Virus record (IMG/VR): IMGVR_UViG_3300038318_000178
Coordinates: 1 to 35,093 of that record
Source of the DNA: a virus
Taxonomy: Duplodnaviria > Caudoviricetes
DNA: 35,093 nt
Reading direction: 5' to 3' (one strand)
Position 1 is the stretch's first letter, and each line of letters starts with the position of its first letter. Of the stretch, positions 17,958-25,505 are shown piece after piece. Below the pieces are notes generated by a model. The model saw nothing but the letters and a program-made list of their open reading frames with translations, had not been told where the DNA came from and ran no database searches. Position numbers and translations under genes: made by a program.

Positions 17958-19028
17958 ATGATGAAGCGGGTAGGATTTTTATTTCAACAAATAGTCGACA
18001 TCGAGAACATACGCCGGGCAATTCGCAACGCCGCCCGCGGAAAGAAAAGCCGCCGCACCGTGGCGAATGTGCTTGAACACGAGGAACAAGCAGCGGAACA
18101 AATCCGCGAATTACTCACTTCGAAAAAGTATAAGCCGAAGCCGTATCGAGCGTTCGACATCAGGGACGGGGCAAGCGGGAAAGAACGGACTATTTATTGT
18201 CCGGCGTTTTATCCCGACCAAATCGTCCATTGGGCAACAATTCAAATTATTGAACCTATCATCATGAAGGGAATGTATGAATTCAATTGCGGGAGCATAC
18301 CGGGGCGCGGAATGCACTATGGAAAGAAGTATATCGAACGTTGGTTGCGCCGCGACCGAAAGCATACAAAATATTGCTTAAAGCTTGATATTAAAAAATT
18401 CTATCCGAACATCGACAAAGAGGTTTTAAAAACAAAATTTCGGGAAAAAATCAAAGACAACGAAGCGTTATGGCTAATTGATACGATTGTCGACAGCCAC
18501 AAAGAGGGATTACCGATTGGCAACTACACTTCGCAATGGTGGGCGAACTTCTATCTTGAAGGATTAGACCACTACATAAAAGAAAAGTTGCACGTTAAAT
18601 ATTATTTGCGATATATGGACGACATGGCGTTGTTCGGAAACAATAAAAAGGAGCTTCACAAAATACGCAAATTGATTTCCGAATTTATTTCCCCCATAGG
18701 CCTAACCCTGAAAGAGAATTGGCAAGTGTTCAGAGTAGACAAACGCCCGGTTGATTTCTTGGGGTTTCGGTTTTATCGCGAAAGAACAACACTTCGCCGC
18801 CGCAATGCCCTTCGTATTCGCCGCAGGGTGAACAAGGCACACAAGAAAGGAAAAGTCACCGTGCGGGACGCGCGGGCGATATTAAGTTATTTAGGGTGGG
18901 TAACGCATAGCGATTCACGTTATTTTTATGATGTGTATATAAAGCCCTATGTAAATATAAAGAAATTGAAGGAGGTAATCAGGAATGAGGACAGAAAGCA
19001 ACATCAAGCCCGCGCCGCTGATTGTTGA
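17958..19028 (+). CDS. DGR reverse transcriptase
   Basis: KLDIKKFYPNI, GLPIGNYTSQWWANFYL (DGR-type SQ), RYMDD, DFLG; 356 aa with no endonuclease domain. Confidence 0.97.
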   Translation: MMKRVGFLFQQIVDIENIRRAIRNAARGKKSRRTVANVLEHEEQAAEQIRELLTSKKYKPKPYRAFDIRDGASGKERTIYCPAFYPDQIVHWATIQIIEPIIMKGMYEFNCGSIPGRGMHYGKKYIERWLRRDRKHTKYCLKLDIKKFYPNIDKEVLKTKFREKIKDNEALWLIDTIVDSHKEGLPIGNYTSQWWANFYLEGLDHYIKEKLHVKYYLRYMDDMALFGNNKKELHKIRKLISEFISPIGLTLKENWQVFRVDKRPVDFLGFRFYRERTTLRRRNALRIRRRVNKAHKKGKVTVRDARAILSYLGWVTHSDSRYFYDVYIKPYVNIKKLKEVIRNEDRKQHQARAADC

Positions 19029-19350
19029 ACGTTGCGCCGACGGATTGGGCGAAGTCGTTTTCAGAGAAAACATAACAGAGCAGGAGCGGGAGGAAGGAAC
19101 GGTTTATGTTTATGACGAATACCGAACCGCCGTTCCGTACCGGGACAATCTCTTGTCAACTGTAAAAAAATCAAAAGCGGCTTGGCTTGAAAGGGCAAAG
19201 GCAGACGAAGCGGCAATCGAGCAACCGCCCCCGTCACTTGAAGAACAGATAAAAAGCCTTCAAACGGAAAATGAAAAACTTCGCGAAAGTAACGACATTA
19301 TCGGCGCGGCTCTCGAAGAAGTTATCTTAACAATTTACGGGGGTGAATAG
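18985..19350 (+). CDS. Hypothetical tail-associated protein (XkdW-like/fibre chaperone)
   Basis: GGAGG RBS. YVYDEY core plus a C-terminal coiled coil; precedes a CD1375-like ORF. Confidence 0.55.
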   Translation: MRTESNIKPAPLIVERCADGLGEVVFRENITEQEREEGTVYVYDEYRTAVPYRDNLLSTVKKSKAAWLERAKADEAAIEQPPPSLEEQIKSLQTENEKLRESNDIIGAALEEVILTIYGGE

Positions 19351-19353
19351 AGA

Positions 19354-19488
19354 ATGGCGAAGTTTCTTGCTATGCGAATTATCGAAAATAAAACCACATT
19401 CGACAAAGTGCCGGACGCGCTGAAAGAAGCAGTTGCGACTATTCTTTCCGAACAAGGTTTTAGCAATCTTGTTGCGGAAGGAGTGTAA
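19354..19488 (+). CDS. Small CD1375/XkdX-like protein (44 aa, not in ORF track)
   Basis: MAKFLAMRIIENKTTFDKVPDALKEAVATILSEQGFSNLVAEGV; the TFDKVP..LK..V pattern fits. Confidence 0.7.
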   Translation: MAKFLAMRIIENKTTFDKVPDALKEAVATILSEQGFSNLVAEGV

Positions 19489-19491
19489 AAC

Positions 19492-19818
19492 GTGTTTGAA
19501 CTTTTAGTAAAATGGCTTGTTCCGTTTCTATGCGGAAGTGCGGTATCAATCGCCGGAACATTTGTCGGGACATTGAAAAAAGGTCGTAAGCGGGATAAAG
19601 CAATAGAAGTCGGGTTGCAATGCCTTCTTCGCGCCGAGATTATCCGGTCTTTCGAAAAATACACCGAAAGAAGGTATTGTCCAATATATGCGAAGGAAGC
19701 CTTAAAGCGCGAATACGACAGTTACCACGAATTGGGCGGGAATGATGTTGCGACGGGGCTTTTTAAGAAAATAATGGAGTTACCGGAAGAACCGTCGGGG
19801 TTGGAGGGGAAGAAATGA
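19492..19818 (+). CDS. Holin-like membrane protein
   Basis: N-terminal TM segment with GLQCLLR and YH.LGGN, typical of lysis-module proteins. Confidence 0.6.
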   Translation: MFELLVKWLVPFLCGSAVSIAGTFVGTLKKGRKRDKAIEVGLQCLLRAEIIRSFEKYTERRYCPIYAKEALKREYDSYHELGGNDVATGLFKKIMELPEEPSGLEGKK

Positions 19819-20087
19819 AAGCAAAAAAAGTGAAGGAGTTTTCAAAGAAAATCTTTGTCGGCGTCGCTCTTGCAAACATCATTATAATTGCGTTTGCTAT
19901 TTATATGATATACATAACGGGCGACTTGACGCCGCTTTCATACTTGATACCCGCCGCGGCGGCAGAAATGGCAACGACGACGGGCTTTTACTACTCGAAA
20001 GCAAAAGCCGAAAACAAAATCAAACTCATGAGCAACAATAACGAAGAATCGAAGCCCGAAGACATCGGGAGCGCAGACGATTATTAA
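19815..20087 (+). CDS. Putative holin (2 TM)
   Basis: Two hydrophobic segments and FYYSKAKAENKIK; directly upstream of the endolysin. Confidence 0.65.
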   Translation: MKAKKVKEFSKKIFVGVALANIIIIAFAIYMIYITGDLTPLSYLIPAAAAEMATTTGFYYSKAKAENKIKLMSNNNEESKPEDIGSADDY

Positions 20088-20102
20088 AGGAGGAAAAAAA
20101 GG

Positions 20103-21143
20103 ATGAATATTATTAAAGCGTATGCGGTTAAAAATGATTGTTACAAAGCCGCCCGAAAAATGACCCCGAAAGGGATTGTCGTTCACAGCACCGGGGCGAA
20201 CAACCCCAATTTGAAAAGGTATGTTGACGCCCCCGCCGAAGTTGGTAAAAACCAATACGGCAACCATTGGAACAACCCGGCTTCTGTTATGGGTCGTTCC
20301 GTATGCGTTCATTCTTTCATCGGGTACGCGCTAAACAACGAAATCAAAATCGCAAACATTCTTCCGTACGATTATTGTTGTTGGGGAGTTGGGAGCGGGT
20401 CGAAAGGAAGCTACAACTACAACCCGGCGTATATTCAATTCGAGATGTGCGAAGACGACCACAAGGACAAGGCGTATTTCGAAGGGGTTTACAAAACCGC
20501 CGCCGAGTATTGCGCGTGGCTATGTAAAAAGTTTAATATCCCCGTAGAAAACATCGTCAGCCATCAAGAAGCTCATGCGTTGGGGTATGGAAACAATCAC
20601 GCCGACCCGAGTAATTGGTGGGGCAAATTCGGGCGCACGATGAACCATTTCCGCGCCGATGTAAAGAAGCTTCTTTCAACGCCCGCCCAGCAGCCGAAGC
20701 CCGACAACAAGGCTTCATACGAAATCGGCGACATCGTAGAATACAAGGGGACAAGGCATTACACATCAGCAAACGCCGCCACGCCGAAAACTTGCAGGCC
20801 GGGCAAAGCGAAGGTTACGGCAAAATACAACGGGAAACACCCGTACCACCTTGTCGCCGTGAGCGGCGGCGGCTCTAATGTTTATGGTTGGGTGGATGAA
20901 GCGGATATTGAAGGGGCCGCAAAAGCCACGCCGGCAGCCCCCGCCACATCGCCCGCAAAAATCAAAGTCAAATCGACCGTTCGCGTGAAAAAAGGCGCGA
21001 AGACATACAATGGCGGCGGGCTTGCTTCGTTTGTGTACACGCGAAACCACATCGTCAAGGAAATTAAGGGCGCCCGCGTCGTTATTACATATGGCGGCGT
21101 TGTTGTGGCAGCGGTTAAAATGTCAGATTTAACGCTTGTTTAA
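20103..21143 (+). CDS. Endolysin, N-acetylmuramoyl-L-alanine amidase (Amidase_2) with SH3-like C-terminal domains
   Basis: IVVHSTG, CVHSFIG, IQFEMCED, SHQE, HADP Zn-amidase motifs; C-terminal VYGWVD. Confidence 0.92.
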   Translation: MNIIKAYAVKNDCYKAARKMTPKGIVVHSTGANNPNLKRYVDAPAEVGKNQYGNHWNNPASVMGRSVCVHSFIGYALNNEIKIANILPYDYCCWGVGSGSKGSYNYNPAYIQFEMCEDDHKDKAYFEGVYKTAAEYCAWLCKKFNIPVENIVSHQEAHALGYGNNHADPSNWWGKFGRTMNHFRADVKKLLSTPAQQPKPDNKASYEIGDIVEYKGTRHYTSANAATPKTCRPGKAKVTAKYNGKHPYHLVAVSGGGSNVYGWVDEADIEGAAKATPAAPATSPAKIKVKSTVRVKKGAKTYNGGGLASFVYTRNHIVKEIKGARVVITYGGVVVAAVKMSDLTLV

Positions 21144-21157
21144 TAGGAGGATAGACA

Positions 21158-21562
21158 ATGAATGTATTAAATTTATTTCTTCAAAATTGGGATAGCGTGT
21201 TGCTTGTTGTAGTGTTTATCGCCTTTGTGATTTTTCTTTGGGTGCGCGGCGAAAAAGGCGTCGTGTTCAAAATCCTTTATAATCTTGTCACCGAAGCCGA
21301 AAAGCAGTATGGCAACGGCACGGGTTCGTTAAAACAAGCGGCGGTTATTGATTGGGTATACGACCGCTTGCCCGCCGTCTTGAAACTATTTGTAACAGCG
21401 GCAACGCTTGAACGATGGGTCGACGAAGCCGTCGAGAGGGCAAAAGCCGAATGGGGCAAGAATGAAAACATTAAAGAATACATACAGAGCGGGCAACCAA
21501 TCACGCTAACAACCACGCCCGCAGGGACAACGATAGACAAAGCCTTTTTAACTGAACCATAA
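21158..21562 (+). CDS. Putative holin (LL-H-like)
   Basis: N-terminal TM and LVTEAEKQYGNGTG.LK motif. Confidence 0.65.
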   Translation: MNVLNLFLQNWDSVLLVVVFIAFVIFLWVRGEKGVVFKILYNLVTEAEKQYGNGTGSLKQAAVIDWVYDRLPAVLKLFVTAATLERWVDEAVERAKAEWGKNENIKEYIQSGQPITLTTTPAGTTIDKAFLTEP

Positions 21563-21574
21563 GCACACAAAAGT

Positions 21575-21612
21575 AAAATAGCGGGCAGGGCTTACGCCTT
21601 GTCCGCTATTTT
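21575..21612. terminator. Bidirectional intrinsic terminator between the late operon and integrase
   Basis: AAAATAGCGGGCAGGG...CCTTGTCCGCTATTTT stem with A/T tracts on both sides, at convergent genes. Confidence 0.8.
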
Positions 21613-23181
21613 ACTAACAATTCCGAACACACCGCCGGGCAAGAAAAATATAAAGGTGTTCGAATTATTAAAGATTGGTGGTGTCAAGGGGAGCTTATCC
21701 GAACACCCCTTCACCGCTTCGGAAACGGCTTCTTCGGCGGCTTCCTCCACAATGTCGGCGGTTATCTCGTTCTTTTCCCCGCTGTAATTATATGTGATGA
21801 TAATCTTATCATCGTACAAGAAAACCTTGTTGACAAACATATCTATAATTTCCTTTTGGTACGCCGGGTCGTCAATGTCGCCGCCCTTGAACCTATTCAA
21901 GAAATATATTACTTGTTCCCGCTTTATCACCGGCCGGGCAATGTTCTCTTTTTCAATCTCGACTTGTATATCGTCGCGGGCGGTTTCCAATTCAAGCAGC
22001 CTATCGCGTGTGGTGTCGGTGAAGACCCCTGCTTCGATAGCCTTCATAATATTTTTAATGGCGACATTTGTTTCCGACAATTGCTTCTTATAATAATTCA
22101 ACATGGATTTGTCGTCGCACTCTTTCCGCTGTATCTCAACAACCCGGCCGGCGATATATTCGATTACATCGCCTTGAAGGACGGTAGCCGCCGTCAGCAT
22201 GGCAACTTCGCGTTCAAGCCATTCTTTCCTAACAGACTTTTTCTTGCAAGCGCGCTTTGTCTTGCGCTTCCGGCAAGTATAATAATAGAACATATTCCCA
22301 CTTTTACCCGTGCCGCTATCCCCGACCATCGTTCCCCGACAATGCCCGCAAAAGATTTTTGAAGTTAATAAAAATGATACATCGCCGCCCCGCGCCCGCG
22401 CCGGGGCTTTTTTATTTTTGTCCATTTCCGCTTGTACCCTCTCAAACAATTCTTTTTCGATGATTTGCGGCACTCCGTCGGGGATAACTATATCATGCCA
22501 TCGGTATTCGCCTATATATTGACGATTGCGAAGAATGCGGGTTATTCCGTAGTGCGTGAATTCGTTGCCCTTCATGGTGCGTATTTCTTTGTCGTGCAAC
22601 ATACGCAGAATTTCAGCGACTTTCATTCCGTCGTCGTATGACTTGAATATCAGGCGAACAACCTTCGCCCCGTCCGGATCTATGTGAAACTTGCGGTCTT
22701 TGTCGGTGGTGTATCCGGTGGCAAGTCCCGACCCGTTGAATTGTGCTTTATATGCGCTTTCGCGCATACCGCGAACAATCTTTTGTCGAAGCTCTGCCGA
22801 ATAATATTCCGCAAGCCCTTCAAGAACGCTTTCGAGGATAATTCCTTCGGGGCCGTCGGGTATATGCTCTTTGGCGTAAAGCACTGAAACGCCATTCATA
22901 CGAAGAATAGCTTTGTTCTTGGCGATTTCCTCACGGTTGCGCCCGAAGCGGTCTATCTTCCATACGATAACCGCTTGAAAATTTCGCCGCTTGCTATCGC
23001 GAAGCATTTTTTGAAATTCTTCCCGGCGGTCGTTTGTTCCGGTCTTCGCACGGTCAATATATGTCCCGACAACGGTTATTTCGTTTTCTTCGGCGAACTC
23101 TGTACAATCGCGTATTTGCCCTTCGATTGATTGTTCTGTTTGCCGTTCAGAGGAATAGCGGGCATATATAACAGCTTTCAA
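21592..23181 (-). CDS. int: Large serine recombinase (integrase)
   Basis: YARYSS (catalytic Ser), DRFGRN, recombinase domain, Zn ribbon (CGHC...YYTC...C), coiled coil. Confidence 0.96.
   Translation of the reverse strand: MKAVIYARYSSERQTEQSIEGQIRDCTEFAEENEITVVGTYIDRAKTGTNDRREEFQKMLRDSKRRNFQAVIVWKIDRFGRNREEIAKNKAILRMNGVSVLYAKEHIPDGPEGIILESVLEGLAEYYSAELRQKIVRGMRESAYKAQFNGSGLATGYTTDKDRKFHIDPDGAKVVRLIFKSYDDGMKVAEILRMLHDKEIRTMKGNEFTHYGITRILRNRQYIGEYRWHDIVIPDGVPQIIEKELFERVQAEMDKNKKAPARARGGDVSFLLTSKIFCGHCRGTMVGDSGTGKSGNMFYYYTCRKRKTKRACKKKSVRKEWLEREVAMLTAATVLQGDVIEYIAGRVVEIQRKECDDKSMLNYYKKQLSETNVAIKNIMKAIEAGVFTDTTRDRLLELETARDDIQVEIEKENIARPVIKREQVIYFLNRFKGGDIDDPAYQKEIIDMFVNKVFLYDDKIIITYNYSGEKNEITADIVEEAAEEAVSEAVKGCSDKLPLTPPIFNNSNTFIFFLPGGVFGIVSKIADKA
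21655..21707. other. Putative attP
   Basis: 53-bp imperfect inverted repeat GGTGTTCGAATTA...TTATCCGAACACC around TTGGTGGTGTC, inside the int 3' end. Confidence 0.6.
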
Positions 23182-23429
23182 GATTGATACCCTTGTTTTT
23201 CCTTTGATTTTTTAATAGCCGAAGATATGCCCTTGTATGGCAAGTAAAAGAACAGCCAACAAAAGCCGTATATCATCCAACCGGACAATATCACGGAATA
23301 CCACATCATATAAAACATAAGAATAAATACCCCTAAAATCGCAGCTGTGGACTTTTTTAAGCGTATGCCCGCGCCGATACGAAAACCGCCCATTCTAAGC
23401 AATGTTTTTGAAAAGCCAACAAAGAACAT
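23178..23429 (-). CDS. Small membrane protein
   Basis: 83 aa with a long hydrophobic stretch; GGAGGGG RBS; its stop overlaps the int start (TTGA). Confidence 0.75.
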   Translation of the reverse strand: MFFVGFSKTLLRMGGFRIGAGIRLKKSTAAILGVFILMFYMMWYSVILSGWMIYGFCWLFFYLPYKGISSAIKKSKEKQGYQS

Positions 23430-23446
23430 GAAATCCCCTCCGTTCG

Positions 23447-24157
23447 TTATGTGGTTGTAAATGATGTTTCGAGCTTTTCACCGCCGCCGGAAATGACGAT
23501 ACGGTGCTTCCCTTCCGCTGTTTTGCCGCCGACTTTCCATTCCCAAACAACAGAACCGGCCGCGTCAGACATTTTCTTTTCAAGCCCCGCCGCCTTACTT
23601 GCGCCTGAACCATAATACACGGAAATAGAATATTCAAAATTCGGTTCGCCCTTTATCTCAAGTCGTGCGGTTTCGTTTCTGCCGACCGGGGAAGTAACCG
23701 AAACAAGTTTAATTTTTTCAACGGTCGGCGTTGATGTTTCCGGCGGCGTAGAAGCGGAAGGGGGCGCGCTTGATACGGTGCTTTCCGGTATAGAAGTTTC
23801 CGTCGGAGTAATGACGGAAGAAGTTTCGGCTTCCGATGGGACTTCTTCGCCACCGCTTGAAGTTTCGCTTTCCGGCGGGGCTTCTTCGACAACGCTTGAA
23901 GATTCGGCTTCCGATAGGACTTCTTCGCCACCGCTTGAAGCTTCGCTTGCTGTGGGCGCGGAAGAAATATTATCGCCCGGCACGGTTTCCGACTGATAAA
24001 ATACACCTATAATAATGACGGCAACGGCGACAATCGCAGAAACAACGGTTTTCGTTTGTTTGTTCCAATCGGAATATTTCCACATTACCCACAGTCCGGC
24101 GGGGGAAAAGAAAATTAAAAGCAGAATAATGGCTGTTTTGTTTTGATACCATTTCAT
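23447..24157 (-). CDS. Membrane-anchored surface protein with S/E/T/P-rich stalk and C-terminal Ig-like domain (candidate superinfection exclusion)
   Basis: Two N-terminal TM segments, a low-complexity linker and a beta-rich C-terminus; located in the lysogeny module. Confidence 0.7.
   Translation of the reverse strand: MKWYQNKTAIILLLIFFSPAGLWVMWKYSDWNKQTKTVVSAIVAVAVIIIGVFYQSETVPGDNISSAPTASEASSGGEEVLSEAESSSVVEEAPPESETSSGGEEVPSEAETSSVITPTETSIPESTVSSAPPSASTPPETSTPTVEKIKLVSVTSPVGRNETARLEIKGEPNFEYSISVYYGSGASKAAGLEKKMSDAAGSVVWEWKVGGKTAEGKHRIVISGGGEKLETSFTTT
23820..23948. repeat. Intragenic duplication with 78-bp period (SEASSGGEEVLSEAESS / SETSSGGEEVPSEAETS)
   Basis: 23820-23870 and 23898-23948 are near identical. 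Confidence 0.85.
24080..24104 (+). repeat. 25-bp exact direct repeat, copy 2
   Basis: Identical to 7809-7833. Confidence 0.9.
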
Positions 24158-24177
24158 AATCGTTCAAGAACCCTTCT

Positions 24178-24660
24178 TTATATTATATATACGAGAAGCC
24201 AACAAGGGACATCGCCACCGTCAAAAAGCGGCAATGAAATTTTTAGCCTATATTTTTTATTTGAAAACATATTATTTATATTGCGGACGGTTTCCGAAAT
24301 ATCATCCGCTATCCCCCCGCCCGCTTCTTCGGCGGCTTCAACATCAAGAAGCTTATTAACGGACGCCCGCATTTCCGGCTTTTTACGGTAAGCGGCGACA
24401 AGTCGCTTTTCTTCGTCGGTCAAATGTTCGAAACGGTCTTCTTGTTGTTGGGGGGTGTCAATCCACCCCATTAAATAAGAAGGTGAACATCTGAGTATTT
24501 CAGATAATTTATATATGGTTTCGTGTTTAATGTTTTTTATCTCGCCGCTTTCGTATCTTTGGGCGGTGGCTTCCTTAACGCCCAAAAATTCGGCTACTTG
24601 CGGCAAGGTTAAACCGACAGCCAATCGTCTTTCTTTAATGCGTTCGTTTAATATGCCCAT
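24178..24660 (-). CDS. CI-like XRE-family repressor
   Basis: HTH_3 (RIKERR..GLT..QVAEFLGV...QRYESG...SPSYLMGW), divergent from the cro-like gene. Confidence 0.9.
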   Translation of the reverse strand: MGILNERIKERRLAVGLTLPQVAEFLGVKEATAQRYESGEIKNIKHETIYKLSEILRCSPSYLMGWIDTPQQQEDRFEHLTDEEKRLVAAYRKKPEMRASVNKLLDVEAAEEAGGGIADDISETVRNINNMFSNKKYRLKISLPLFDGGDVPCWLLVYII

Positions 24661-24685
24661 TCATTCAACGCCCTTCTTTTTTACA

Positions 24686-24714
24686 ATAATAGCATAAACT
24701 TTCGCAGAATGCAA
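24686..24714 (-). promoter_or_regulatory. Leftward (lysogenic) sigmaA promoter
   Basis: On the minus strand TTGCAT-N17-TATTAT, with extended -10 TG. Confidence 0.7.
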
Positions 24715-24755
24715 CAAATCACAAGCAAAATTATAGAAATCTTACGCAAAAGGTA

Positions 24756-24784
24756 TTGACAAGTGAGAAGTGCTATGATATATT
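24756..24784 (+). promoter_or_regulatory. Rightward (early lytic) sigmaA promoter
   Basis: TTGACA-N17-TATATT with extended -10 TG. Confidence 0.8.
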
Positions 24785-24787
24785 TAA

Positions 24788-24804
24788 CTTACGCAGTGCG
24801 TAAG
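24788..24804. promoter_or_regulatory. Palindromic operator CTTACGCA-G-TGCGTAAG (copy 1)
   Basis: Perfect 8-1-8 palindrome over the rightward start site. Half sites at 24741-24748 and (degenerate) 24699-24706. Confidence 0.8.
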
Positions 24805-24827
24805 ATTTAAGACAGGAGGTCGAGAAA

Positions 24828-25067
24828 ATGGCAACAAAGAGCCCTACGGACGCAATCGCTTTGAAAAAGATAATGATTGAAAAAGGATTTAAAACAATCG
24901 GAAGTCTTTCAGAAGCGGCAGGAATCAACCGAAATACACTTGGAAAAGTGTTGGACGGTAAAACTCAACCGTCGGCCGAAGTAATGAACAAACTCGTCGA
25001 AGCGTTGAATATTCCACCGGAAACCGCAGGGATAATTTTTTTTAACAAAGACTTACGCAGTGCGTAA
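24828..25067 (+). CDS. Cro-like HTH protein
   Basis: 79-aa XRE HTH; AGGAGG RBS; first gene of the early operon. Confidence 0.88.
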   Translation: MATKSPTDAIALKKIMIEKGFKTIGSLSEAAGINRNTLGKVLDGKTQPSAEVMNKLVEALNIPPETAGIIFFNKDLRSA

Positions 25068-25069
25068 GT
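25051..25069. promoter_or_regulatory. Palindromic operator (copy 2) at the cro stop codon
   Basis: ACTTACGCAGTGCGTAAGT; 18 bp identical to 24787-24804. Confidence 0.8.
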
Positions 25070-25086
25070 AAACAGGAGGAAACACA

Positions 25087-25275
25087 ATGCCAACATTAAA
25101 AGTACGCCCCGGCGAAACCGCAGTAAAGCCCGCACATATCCCCGACCATCGCCGCGACACAATCGCCCGTCAGACCCTTGCGGCGGTGGAACGCTTCTTC
25201 GCTATTCCCGGCGTTCAAGAAGATTACGAAAAATGGCTTGTTGAATATAGGAAAAGAAAGGCGGCGGCGGTATGA
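25087..25275 (+). CDS. Hypothetical protein
   Basis: AGGAGG RBS; ATGA coupling to the next ORF. Confidence 0.75.
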   Translation: MPTLKVRPGETAVKPAHIPDHRRDTIARQTLAAVERFFAIPGVQEDYEKWLVEYRKRKAAAV

Positions 25276-25505
25276 AAAAGATTACATTAACAGACGAACA
25301 GGCTTCGACGCTTTCAGTTTTCCTTCTTGTAACAACAAAATTCAGAGAAGGCGAAATTGAAGCTTGCCGCAGTTTGGCAAAAGAAAAGAACGAAGACGGT
25401 TCACCAAAATTACCGAACATGGCTTCAAACGCTGAATGGTGGGAAGCGACACACAAGGAAATTGAAAACATTATTAAAGCGGTTGACGGAGGGGTGACAG
25501 AATGA
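25272..25505 (+). CDS. Hypothetical protein
   Basis: ATGA overlaps on both sides. Confidence 0.7.
   Translation: MKKITLTDEQASTLSVFLLVTTKFREGEIEACRSLAKEKNEDGSPKLPNMASNAEWWEATHKEIENIIKAVDGGVTE

Larger units (their letters stand above)
15703..19028 (+). mobile_element. Diversity-generating retroelement (target-VR, hairpin, TR, RT)
   Basis: Adenine-specific VR/TR pair next to a DGR-type RT. Confidence 0.97.

Noticed and set aside
17958-19028. Group II intron, retron or Abi reverse transcriptase
   Set aside because: The SQ motif, size and adjacent adenine-specific TR/VR pair identify a DGR RT. No intron domain V or msr/msd is evident.
18985-19350. Avd candidate by size and adjacency to the RT
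   Set aside because: Acidic, with a beta plus coiled-coil pattern and a CD1375-like neighbour. It fits a tail-module protein better, so it was not called Avd.
21655-21707. tRNA gene or fragment (GTTCGAAT and CCACCA-like words)
   Set aside because: The words are on opposite strands and no cloverleaf forms. An attP inverted repeat explains them better.
23820-23948. Second VR/TR-like pair
   Set aside because: It is unrelated to the TR and is an in-frame intragenic duplication in a low-complexity linker.
24787-25069. Repeated palindrome as a CRISPR or mini-array
   Set aside because: Only two copies 264 bp apart flanking a gene. The context indicates operators, and no CRISPR array was seen anywhere.
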